DNA of 64,000 nt from an uncultured Chloroflexia bacterium (GTDB lineage: Bacteria > Chloroflexota > Limnocylindria > Limnocylindrales > CSP1-4): positions 31,496 through 95,495 of the forward strand of contig CAWJBJ010000004.1 of assembly GCA_963841135.1 (NCBI GenBank). The letters run 5' to 3'. A model generated the notes under the pieces. The model saw nothing but the letters and a program-made list of their open reading frames with translations. It made no database searches and was not told the DNA's origin. Shown here in pieces: positions 17,026 through 24,627 of this stretch. The translations under genes and the position numbers were made by a program. The number at the start of each line of letters is the position of its first letter. The first letter of the stretch is position 1.

Positions 17026-18288
17026 ATGGCCGACCAGATCCGAGTCCTCGTCGTCGACGATATCCCTGAGACCCGCGACCACCTCACGAAGCTGCTGAGC
17101 TTCGAGAGCGACATCGAAGTGGTCGGCGCCGCCTCGTCCGGCCGGGAAGCCCTCGAGATGGGCGCCAAGCTCACGCCCGACATCATCCTGATGGACATCA
17201 ACATGCCGGACATGGACGGCATCACCGCCACCGAACAGATGGCGGCCACCGTCCCGAACGCCGCCGTGGTCATGATGTCGGTCCAGGGTGAGGCGGACTA
17301 CCTCCGCCGCTCGATGCTGGCTGGGGCCCGCGAGTTCCTCGTGAAGCCGTTCAGCAGCGACGAGCTCACCGCGTCGATCCGGCAGGTCCACTCGCGCGAG
17401 CGAGACAAGGCCAACCGGATGGCAGCCGCTCCGGTCGCGAGCCAAGGCTCGGGATCGGGCAGCTCGTCCGATGAGGGCGGTGGGGATCCCGGGCGGATCA
17501 TCGCGGTCTTCAGCCCGAAGGGCGGCGTCGGTCGCACGACCGTCGCGGTCAACCTCGCGGTCGCCGCGGCCACCGAGCTCGACAAGAAGGTCGTCCTCGT
17601 CGACGCCTCGTTCCAGTTCGGGGACGTCGGCGTGCTGCTCAACCTGAACCCGAAGGGCAAGTCGATCGCCGACCTCATCCCGCAGCTCGAGGCCGGGGAG
17701 CTCGACTCGCTCGACATGTTCATCATCGACCACACCTCGGGCGTCCGGGTCCTCCTGGCCCCGCCGACACCCGAGACGGCCGAGCTGGTCACGCCGGCCG
17801 CGATCCGCAAGGTGCTGGAGTCGCTCCGCAGGAACCACGACCTCGTGGTGGTCGACTGCACCGCATTCTTCAATGACACCACGCTCGCGATCCTTGACAT
17901 CGCGGACGTGATCCTCACGATGCTGAGTCTCGAGATCACGAGCATCAAGAACATGCGCCTCTTCCTCGAGGTCGCTCAGCAGCTCGGTTACGAGGCCGGA
18001 AAGGTCCGTTTGATCCTCAATCGCGCCGACTCGGCGCTGGGCATCCGCGTTGCGGACGTCGAGCAATCCATCGGCCGCAAGGTCGATGAGACGATCGTCA
18101 GCGACGGTCGCAGCGTCGTGTATGCGTTGAATCGAGGAGTACCGTTCTTCCTGTCCAACAAGGAGGCCCAGGTCTCCCAGGACATCCTCCGCCTCGCTCG
18201 GTCGGTCACAGGTGAGCGACTCAGCGTGCCAGCCGGCGAAGAAAGCCGAAAGACCAAAGACAAGAAGTCCCTGTTCGCATGGCGATGA
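17026..18288 (+). CDS. cpaE: Response-regulator receiver fused to CpaE/TadZ-type ParA/MinD ATPase
   Basis: REC: IRVLVVDD, IILMDINMPDMDG, VVMMSV, LVKPF. ATPase: IIAVFSPKGGVGRTTVAVNLA, VVLVDAS. Confidence 0.85.
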   Translation: MADQIRVLVVDDIPETRDHLTKLLSFESDIEVVGAASSGREALEMGAKLTPDIILMDINMPDMDGITATEQMAATVPNAAVVMMSVQGEADYLRRSMLAGAREFLVKPFSSDELTASIRQVHSRERDKANRMAAAPVASQGSGSGSSSDEGGGDPGRIIAVFSPKGGVGRTTVAVNLAVAAATELDKKVVLVDASFQFGDVGVLLNLNPKGKSIADLIPQLEAGELDSLDMFIIDHTSGVRVLLAPPTPETAELVTPAAIRKVLESLRRNHDLVVVDCTAFFNDTTLAILDIADVILTMLSLEITSIKNMRLFLEVAQQLGYEAGKVRLILNRADSALGIRVADVEQSIGRKVDETIVSDGRSVVYALNRGVPFFLSNKEAQVSQDILRLARSVTGERLSVPAGEESRKTKDKKSLFAWR

Positions 18289-18332
18289 ACACGGCCGTAG
18301 TGAGCCCCTCGGGGCGAAAAGGGGTGTAGGCG

Positions 18333-19739
18333 ATGTCCCTACTGAAGCGGATCGAGAGCGCTCGACCGGGGTCCACGGGACCCGAATCTCCGGGAGCGCC
18401 CGGCTCCAACCTGCCCGCGGTCCCCGGTGGACCGCCCAGCACTCCCTCGTCGCCGCGGCTGACCAGCCAGGCGCCGGTCCGGGAGTCCTTCCGGGACGTG
18501 AAGTTCCGGATCCAGAACCGGGTCATCCAGGACCTGGATCCGAAGCTCGACCTGTCCAACCAGGTCGAAGTCCGGCGCCAGATCGAGGAGATCTTCGGCA
18601 AGGTCATCGACGAGGAAGGCCTCGCGCTGACGCGTGCCGAGCGCGTCCGGATGCTGGAGCAGATCACCGACGAGATCATCGGCCTCGGGCCGCTCGAGCC
18701 GCTCCTGCGGGACGAGTCGATCACCGAGATCATGGTCAACGGCCCGCGCCAGGTCTACATCGAGCGCTCCGGCAAGCTCGAGCTGACCAATGTCGTCTTC
18801 CAGAACGACGACCACGTCATGCGCATCATCGACCGGATCATCGCGCCGATCGGCCGCCGGGTGGACGAGTCCAGCCCGATGGTCGACGCTCGCCTGACCG
18901 ACGGCTCCCGCGTCAATGCAATCATCCCGCCGCTCTCATTGGTCGGCCCGGTCATCACCATCCGGAAGTTCTCCGCCTCCCCGTTCACGGTCGAGGACCT
19001 CATCAGGTTCGGGACCGCGACAGCCGAGATGTTCGACTTCCTGCGCGCCTGCGTCGAGGCCCGCCTGAACGTCTTCGTCTCCGGCGGCACGGGCTCCGGC
19101 AAGACCACGACCCTCAACGTCCTCTCGTCGTTCATCCCGAACGATGAGCGGATCGTCACCATCGAGGACGCCGCCGAGCTGCAGCTCCGCCAGGAGCATG
19201 TGGTGACGCTGGAGTCCCGCCCGCCGAACATCGAAGGCAAGGGCGCGGTCCCGATCCGCGAGCTCGTCCGCAATGCCCTGCGCATGCGGCCCGATCGCAT
19301 CATCGTCGGGGAGTGCCGTTCCGGTGAGGCCCTGGACATGCTCCAGGCCATGAACACCGGCCACGATGGCTCGATGTCAACCGGCCACGCCAACAGCCCA
19401 CGCGACATGCTGTCGCGCCTCGAGACGATGGTCCTGATGGCCGGCGTCGACCTGCCGCTGCGGGCCATCCGCGAGCAGGTCGCCTCCGCCGTCGACCTCA
19501 TCGTCCAGCAGAGCCGTCTCAAGGACGGGACGCGCAAGATCGTGAACATCACCGAGGTCCAGGGCATGGAGGGTGATGTGATCGTCATGCAGGACGTGTT
19601 CGTCTTCGAACAGACGGGCGTCGTCGAGGGCAAGATCCAGGGCCGGCTCAAGCCGACCGGGATCCGACCGAAATTCGTCGAGAAGTTCGAGGTCATGGGC
19701 ATCAATCTGCCGCCTGGCCTCTTCGGCTTCTCCTACTAG
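18333..19739 (+). CDS. cpaF: CpaF/TadA secretion ATPase (T2SSE family)
   Basis: Walker A VSGGTGSGKTTTLN, IVTIEDAAELQL, IIVGECRSGEALDMLQAMNTGHDGSMSTGHAN. Confidence 0.95.
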   Translation: MSLLKRIESARPGSTGPESPGAPGSNLPAVPGGPPSTPSSPRLTSQAPVRESFRDVKFRIQNRVIQDLDPKLDLSNQVEVRRQIEEIFGKVIDEEGLALTRAERVRMLEQITDEIIGLGPLEPLLRDESITEIMVNGPRQVYIERSGKLELTNVVFQNDDHVMRIIDRIIAPIGRRVDESSPMVDARLTDGSRVNAIIPPLSLVGPVITIRKFSASPFTVEDLIRFGTATAEMFDFLRACVEARLNVFVSGGTGSGKTTTLNVLSSFIPNDERIVTIEDAAELQLRQEHVVTLESRPPNIEGKGAVPIRELVRNALRMRPDRIIVGECRSGEALDMLQAMNTGHDGSMSTGHANSPRDMLSRLETMVLMAGVDLPLRAIREQVASAVDLIVQQSRLKDGTRKIVNITEVQGMEGDVIVMQDVFVFEQTGVVEGKIQGRLKPTGIRPKFVEKFEVMGINLPPGLFGFSY

Positions 19740-19760
19740 GCCACGGAAGGAGCATCGCCC

Positions 19761-20768
19761 GTGGATACCATGACGCTCGCGATCGCAGCGGTTGCCGCCC
19801 TGGCGATCCTGCTCATCGCGATCGGCGTCGCCACCTCGGGTGGATCGGGCATCTCCGACCGCCTCGAGCGTTACGCGTCGTCGCGACCCGCCAAGGCCGC
19901 ACCGAGCGGCCAGGGGGCCATCGCCGACCTCATCACGCAGAGCGCGACCCTCGCGAGCCTGAACAAGGTCGTCGAGCAGCGCGACTTCGGGGCGAACCTG
20001 CAGCGGGAGATCGCACGGGCCGACCTGAAGCTCAAGCCTTCGGAATACCTGCTCATCTGGGCCGGTTGCATCATCGGCGTCCCGGGCGCGATGCTCCTCC
20101 TGTCGGTCGTCGTGCCGACGCTGGGCAGCCCGGTCGTCCTGTTGATCGGCGCGCTCGTGGGCTTCTTCATCCCGCGCTTCTGGCTGGCCCGCCGCCGGAA
20201 CGGCCGACTCGGCTCATTCAACAAGCAGCTCCCGGACACGATCACCCTGATCGCGAACGCGCTGCGGGCCGGTTCCTCGTTCCTTCAGGCCATCGAGCTG
20301 GTCGTCCGCGAATCGCGTCCTCCGATCTCCACCGAGTTCGGACGCGTGATCCGCGAGGTCAACCTCGGCCTGCCGTTCGACCAGGCGCTCGAGAACATGG
20401 TCCGGCGCGTCCGGTCCGATGACCTCGAGCTGATGGCCACGGCCATCTCCATCCAGCACCAGGTCGGTGGGAACCTCGCCGAGATCCTCGACTCGATCGC
20501 GTTCACGATCCGCGAGCGCGTCCGGATCAAGGGTGAGATCCGCACCCTGACGGCCCAGCAACGGTTGTCGGGCTACGTCGTCGGCCTTCTGCCGATCGGC
20601 CTTGCCGGCTTCCTCTTCATCGCCGCCCCGGACTTCATGTCGCCCATGTTCACCAAGCCACCGGAGGTCCTCGGACTCCCGGGCGGGGTCATCATCCTGC
20701 TCGCCGGCGGTTTCATGATGTTCATCGGCTTCATGTTCATCCGCAAGATCGTCGACATCGAGGTCTAG
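19761..20768 (+). CDS. tadB: TadB, Flp pilus inner-membrane platform protein (T2SSF domain)
   Basis: QLPDTITLIANALRAGSSFLQAIE...L(G)LPFDQALENM plus terminal TM helices. GTG start after SD GGAAGGAG. Confidence 0.85.
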   Translation: MDTMTLAIAAVAALAILLIAIGVATSGGSGISDRLERYASSRPAKAAPSGQGAIADLITQSATLASLNKVVEQRDFGANLQREIARADLKLKPSEYLLIWAGCIIGVPGAMLLLSVVVPTLGSPVVLLIGALVGFFIPRFWLARRRNGRLGSFNKQLPDTITLIANALRAGSSFLQAIELVVRESRPPISTEFGRVIREVNLGLPFDQALENMVRRVRSDDLELMATAISIQHQVGGNLAEILDSIAFTIRERVRIKGEIRTLTAQQRLSGYVVGLLPIGLAGFLFIAAPDFMSPMFTKPPEVLGLPGGVIILLAGGFMMFIGFMFIRKIVDIEV

Positions 20769-20772
20769 CCCG

Positions 20773-21708
20773 ATGCCCATCCTTCCGATCATCATCGCGG
20801 CCGTCGCGGCCGGAGCCATCCTGCTCATCTTCATCGGACTCGCCGGCAGCTCGCCGGTCGATCCCGTCCAGGCTCGCCTGACCCAGCTCGGGTCCATGAC
20901 GGCCAAGAACCTCGAGGAACTGGAGCTTCAGGCGCCGTTCATCGAGCGAACCCTTCGCCCGTTGGCGGCTCGCCTGTCCAACAGCGTCTCGCGGGTCACC
21001 AGCACGTCGTTCTCGGATCGCACCGAGAAGCGGCTGGCCCTCGCCGGCAACCCGGGTGAGCTCCGCGTCGCGGACTGGCTCGGCATCAAGGCCATCGGCG
21101 CCATCGTCGGCGGCATCATCTTCTTCCTGCTGTTCGTCGTGGTGGGGCTGCTGAAGTTCCCGCTGCCGGTCGCCGCCGTGCTCTCGCTCGTCGGCGTCGC
21201 GTTCGGTTACACGATCCCGGAGTTCTGGCTGGGTGGCCGGGTGCGCAAGCGCCAGAAGGCCATCCTGATGATGATCCCGGACTCGCTCGACCTCCTCACG
21301 ATCTCCGTGCGTGCCGGTCTCGGCTTCGACGCGGCGCTCGGACGGGTCGTCGAGAAGCTGAAGGGACCGCTGTCGGACGAGTTCCGGCGAGCGCTCGCCG
21401 AGGTTCGCGTGGGCAAGGCCCGTCGCGAGGCCCTGCGAGACATCGTGCCTCGGACCGAGGTCCAGCCGCTGACCAACTTCATCGGCGCGATCATCCAGGC
21501 CGAGCAGTTGGGTGTGTCGATCTCCAAGGTGCTCCAGGTCCAGTCCGAGCAGCTCCGCATCGAGCGGCGCCAGCGGGCTGAGGAGCAGGCGGCGAAGGCG
21601 CCGATCAAGATGCTGTTCCCGCTCGTCGGGTGCATCTTCCCGTCGCTGTTCATCGTCATCCTTGGCCCGGCCATCATCCTGATCATCCAGAACCTGAAGA
21701 CCCCCTGA
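20773..21708 (+). CDS. tadC: TadC, Flp pilus inner-membrane platform protein (T2SSF domain)
   Basis: IPDSLDLLTISVRAGLGFDAAL...VGKARREALRDI...AEEQAAKAPIKMLFPL. Confidence 0.85.
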   Translation: MPILPIIIAAVAAGAILLIFIGLAGSSPVDPVQARLTQLGSMTAKNLEELELQAPFIERTLRPLAARLSNSVSRVTSTSFSDRTEKRLALAGNPGELRVADWLGIKAIGAIVGGIIFFLLFVVVGLLKFPLPVAAVLSLVGVAFGYTIPEFWLGGRVRKRQKAILMMIPDSLDLLTISVRAGLGFDAALGRVVEKLKGPLSDEFRRALAEVRVGKARREALRDIVPRTEVQPLTNFIGAIIQAEQLGVSISKVLQVQSEQLRIERRQRAEEQAAKAPIKMLFPLVGCIFPSLFIVILGPAIILIIQNLKTP

Positions 21709-22124
21709 CCACGGACGCCACACCGGACGACCGGGCGACCACACTGGTCGCCCGGAACGTCACGCGCGACACCGTGCTGGCCGACCGCCTTGAGGTCGCC
21801 GCCAGCCTGTGGGGCAAGTTCAAGGGCCTCATGGGGCGGGCCTCGCTCGCACCCGACGCGGGGCTGTGGCTGCCCGACAGCAACGGCATCCACATGATGT
21901 TCATGCGCTTCCCGATCGACGCCGTCTTCCTCGACACGCCCGACGCCGCCGAGGGCGGCCGCCGCCGCGTGGTCGGGGTCAACCGCTCGCTGCGAGCCTG
22001 GGTCGGGCTCGTGCCCTTCGTCCGGGGCGCCCATGGCGTCCTGGAGCTGCCGGTCGGCACGATCGACCGGACCAGCACCGCCGTCGGCGACCTGATCGCC
22101 CTGGACGGCCCCACGGCCGCCTGA
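21630..22124 (+). CDS. DUF192 family protein
   Basis: LVARNVTRDTVLADRLEVAASLWGKFKGLMGRASL..DAGLWL.DSNGIHMMFMRFPIDAVFLD is the classic DUF192 pattern. The start is uncertain: ATG 21630 overlaps tadC by 79 nt, and in-frame CTG codons at 21705 and 21744 are alternatives. Confidence 0.7.
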   Translation: MHLPVAVHRHPWPGHHPDHPEPEDPLTTDATPDDRATTLVARNVTRDTVLADRLEVAASLWGKFKGLMGRASLAPDAGLWLPDSNGIHMMFMRFPIDAVFLDTPDAAEGGRRRVVGVNRSLRAWVGLVPFVRGAHGVLELPVGTIDRTSTAVGDLIALDGPTAA

Positions 22125-22135
22125 GGGCACGCTCG

Positions 22136-22155
22136 GGCGTCCGTAAGCGCCCGTG
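22136..22155. repeat. Left copy of the 20-bp direct repeat GGCGTCCGTAAGCGCCCGTG
   Basis: Read directly; identical to 23145-23164. Confidence 0.95.
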
Positions 22156-22254
22156 GGACCATCCGGCACGGAACGCGGGGCCTGGCGCGCTCCGGCTCCC
22201 CGTGCGCTTGGCACGCTCGGCTCCCCATGCGCCTCCCTGGCCCGACGCGCCTCC

Positions 22255-22328
22255 TGCTCAGCTCTGTGGCGACTGGTATCGAGCCTCGCGGCGCGGATGC
22301 CCGTTGCTCAGCCCTGTGGCGACTGGTA
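22255..22328. repeat. Two copies of a 24-bp motif TGCTCAGC(T/C)CTGTGGCGACTGGTA, 50 bp apart
   Basis: 22255-22278 and 22305-22328, 23/24 identical. The period is not a multiple of 3 and the region is non-coding. CGGCTCCCC(G/A)TGCGC is also duplicated nearby (about 22193 and 22218). Confidence 0.85.
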
Positions 22329-22358
22329 AGTAGGGCCGAGCCCTGGATCGCCTTCTGC

Positions 22359-23096
22359 CTAGTCCTCACGTGCATGCGAAGCGCGCCCTTGGCGGGTGCG
22401 GACGCGTAGGACTCGCTTAGTAGTCGCTGAGCGACTGAGCGAGACGAGCCACACGCCGCCTAGCACGCCGATCGGATGCCGCAGCCATCGATGGATCGCG
22501 CTCGCTCGCGCTGGGAACGAGGCATCGAACACCGAGCGATGTCGTCGGAGGATCGCCCGATTCGCCGTCGTCCCGGGAAGGACGAGGATCCGCCCGACCG
22601 CCTGGGCATCCCAGTCGCGTTCCGCGCGCAACAGGTCCGGAACGATCCGCAGCTTCCGACCGAACGAGGCCAGGAACGCCTGAAGGTCCGTGAGCCGGGT
22701 CTTCACCTCGACGATCAGGAGGACGCGGCAATCAGCGTGATAGGCGACCACGTCGACCGAGCCCCGCTCCCCGTAGTGGTTGAACGTGTACTCGACGAGC
22801 ACGTCCCAGCCTTCCCGGCGCAATCGGGCGACGACGAGCTCGACGAGCTGGGCGTGGTCCCGGTCGACCAAGCGATCGACGTCCCCAAGGCGCCCCCGCA
22901 CGTCGATGCGAAGGTCCAGCTCCAGCGCGGACGCGATCCGTTCCAGCGTGGAGATCGTCACGCCATCGAGATGGCCGCGCTCGACCCGCGATATCACCGT
23001 CTGCCCGACACCCGCCATCCCAGCCACGTCCAGCTGCCGCAGGCGCTTGTCGTGCCGAACTGCGAGCAGGATCCGTCCCACGCGGACCGCTTCCAT
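22359..23096 (-). CDS. XRE-family HTH protein fused to a PD-(D/E)XK nuclease-like domain
   Basis: 245 aa starting at ATG 23094-23096. HTH: LRQLDVAGMAGVGQTVISRVERG. C-terminal GERGSVDVVAYHADCRVLLIVEVKT matches the D...(E/D)xK motif. The upstream 367 codons of track ORF 22359-24197 are spurious (antisense to comF). Confidence 0.65.
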   Translation of the reverse strand: MEAVRVGRILLAVRHDKRLRQLDVAGMAGVGQTVISRVERGHLDGVTISTLERIASALELDLRIDVRGRLGDVDRLVDRDHAQLVELVVARLRREGWDVLVEYTFNHYGERGSVDVVAYHADCRVLLIVEVKTRLTDLQAFLASFGRKLRIVPDLLRAERDWDAQAVGRILVLPGTTANRAILRRHRSVFDASFPARASAIHRWLRHPIGVLGGVWLVSLSRSATTKRVLRVRTRQGRASHARED

Positions 23097-23144
23097 GTCG
23101 CCACGATGACCGCCGCCGCTCAACGCGCGCTTATTCAGTGGGCC

Positions 23145-23164
23145 GGCGTCCGTAAGCGCCCGTG
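23145..23164. repeat. Right copy of the 20-bp direct repeat
   Basis: Identical to 22136-22155. Confidence 0.95.
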
Positions 23165-23189
23165 AAGGCCTCCCCGACATCATCGGGGC

Positions 23190-23867
23190 GTGTCGGTCAT
23201 CGGGCGGGTCGCGTCGCGGGCACTCGATCTCGCGTTCCCCGCGGCGTGTGCGGGCTGCCGTCGGGAGGGCGATCCGATCTGCGCGGAGTGCCTCCCGGCC
23301 CTCGACGCCCGGCTGGACCTGCCGCCTGGCGTCCCGATCGGGCTGCCGGCGGACCTGCCCGACCACCTGCTCCAGGCCGAGTGGTGTGCGCCGTTCGCCG
23401 GCGTCGTCCGTGATGCGCTCCATCAGCTGAAGTACAGCGGGGAGCGGCGCCTGGCCGATCCCCTCGGGGACGCCATTGCACGACGCTGGTCCCGTGCCGG
23501 GGCGGGCGGCGACCTCATCGTCCCGGTGCCGGTCCACCGGGATCGGGCGGCGCAGCGCGGGTACGACCAGGCCCTGCTCCTGGCGGTCGCGGCCGGGCGA
23601 GCGCTTGGGCTCCCGGTCGTCGAGGCCCTCGAACGCTGGCAGGCGACGACCGCCCAGTTCCAGCTCGATCGCCGGGCCCGGGCGACCAACGTGGCCGGGG
23701 CGTTCCGACCGCGCTCGCCGTCGGCGGTCGGGCGGGTCCACGGTCGCTGGATCGTCCTCGTCGACGACGTCATGACGACCGGGGCGACGCTGTCCGCCTG
23801 CGCGGAGGTGCTCCTCGCACATGGCGCGATCGCCGTGTCGGCGGTGACCGTCGCACGCGAGCGGTGA
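23190..23867 (+). CDS. comFC: ComF-family phosphoribosyltransferase-like competence protein (ComFC)
   Basis: N-terminal zinc-finger CAGCRREGDPICAECL. C-terminal PRTase motif WIVLVDDVMTTGATL. Confidence 0.85.
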   Translation: MSVIGRVASRALDLAFPAACAGCRREGDPICAECLPALDARLDLPPGVPIGLPADLPDHLLQAEWCAPFAGVVRDALHQLKYSGERRLADPLGDAIARRWSRAGAGGDLIVPVPVHRDRAAQRGYDQALLLAVAAGRALGLPVVEALERWQATTAQFQLDRRARATNVAGAFRPRSPSAVGRVHGRWIVLVDDVMTTGATLSACAEVLLAHGAIAVSAVTVARER

Positions 23868-24009
23868 CATCGTCCGCGAGCTCCGGACGAGTGACCGATG
23901 AGGCGCCGGGGCGTAGCGGATCGGCCCGTCGGCGCGGCCCGGATCGGCTCGCGAGCCGGGGCCGAAGAGCCCGGCGGGGCTATACTCGGAGCGGCACTCG
24001 AGCCTGGAG

Positions 24010-24612
24010 GTGACCGTGCGGACCATCGTCAAAGGCAAGAATGTCGAGGTCCCCGAACGCGTTCGTGCATACGCAGAACGCAAGCTCGGGCACATCTCGC
24101 GGCTGGTCGACGACCACACCGACGCCATCGTCGAGCTGTCCAATGAACACCATCGCAGCGCCTCCGATGCCCACATCGTCGAGGTCGCGCTGGTCATGAA
24201 CGGGCAGCCGATGCACAGCCACGCATCGGGGCCGAGCTACCAGGCCGCGCTCGACACCGTGGTCGACAAGGTGGAGCGGCAGGCCGTCTCCCACAAGGAG
24301 CGACCGCGGCTGCGCGCCAGGCCCCCTCAGGAGAAGGAGATCCTGCGTCGCGTGGCCGACGGCACCGTCGAGGCCAACCCGGTCTCGCGCGTGGTGAAGA
24401 GCAAGCAATTCGCGATCGAGCCGATGTTCGAGGAGGACGCGATCACCGCGATGGAGGAGCTCGGCCATCGCTTCTTCGTCTTCGTCAACGCCGAGAACGA
24501 GCAGGTCGCGATCCTGTACGCCCGGGACGACGGCGGCTACGGCCTCATCGAGCCGATCGTGGGCGGCGACTACACCGGCGGCCAGCAGCGCGGCGCGAAC
24601 GGCCGCCACTGA
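24010..24612 (+). CDS. hpf: Ribosome hibernation promoting factor, long form
   Basis: IVKGKNVEVPERVRAYAERKLGHISRL plus the C-terminal dimerisation domain FAIEPMFEEDAITAMEELGHRFFVFVNAENEQVAILYARDDGGYGLIEP. The start is GTG 24010 or GTG 24016 (SD GGAGG at 24006-24010). Confidence 0.9.
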   Translation: MTVRTIVKGKNVEVPERVRAYAERKLGHISRLVDDHTDAIVELSNEHHRSASDAHIVEVALVMNGQPMHSHASGPSYQAALDTVVDKVERQAVSHKERPRLRARPPQEKEILRRVADGTVEANPVSRVVKSKQFAIEPMFEEDAITAMEELGHRFFVFVNAENEQVAILYARDDGGYGLIEPIVGGDYTGGQQRGANGRH

Positions 24613-24627
24613 CGGCGAGCGGGCGGG

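Larger units (their letters stand above)
22136..23164. mobile_element. Candidate inserted cassette bounded by a perfect 20-bp direct repeat (no recombinase inside)
   Basis: GGCGTCCGTAAGCGCCCGTG occurs at 22136-22155 and 23145-23164. Between the copies lie a repeat-rich non-coding stretch and one gene (22359-23096). Confidence 0.3.

Noticed and set aside
15447-17273. 608-aa minus-strand ORF antisense to flp paralog 4, cpaB and cpaE (and similar antisense ORFs 16996-18066, 18755-19705, 20737-21744)
   Set aside because: It has no recognisable domains and a low-complexity Arg/Asp/Gly composition. It is fully shadowed by strongly supported Tad genes on the plus strand.
22255-22328. Possible mini-CRISPR array (24-bp repeats with a 26-bp spacer)
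   Set aside because: There are only two repeat copies, no cas genes in the window, and the repeat is shorter than typical CRISPR repeats.
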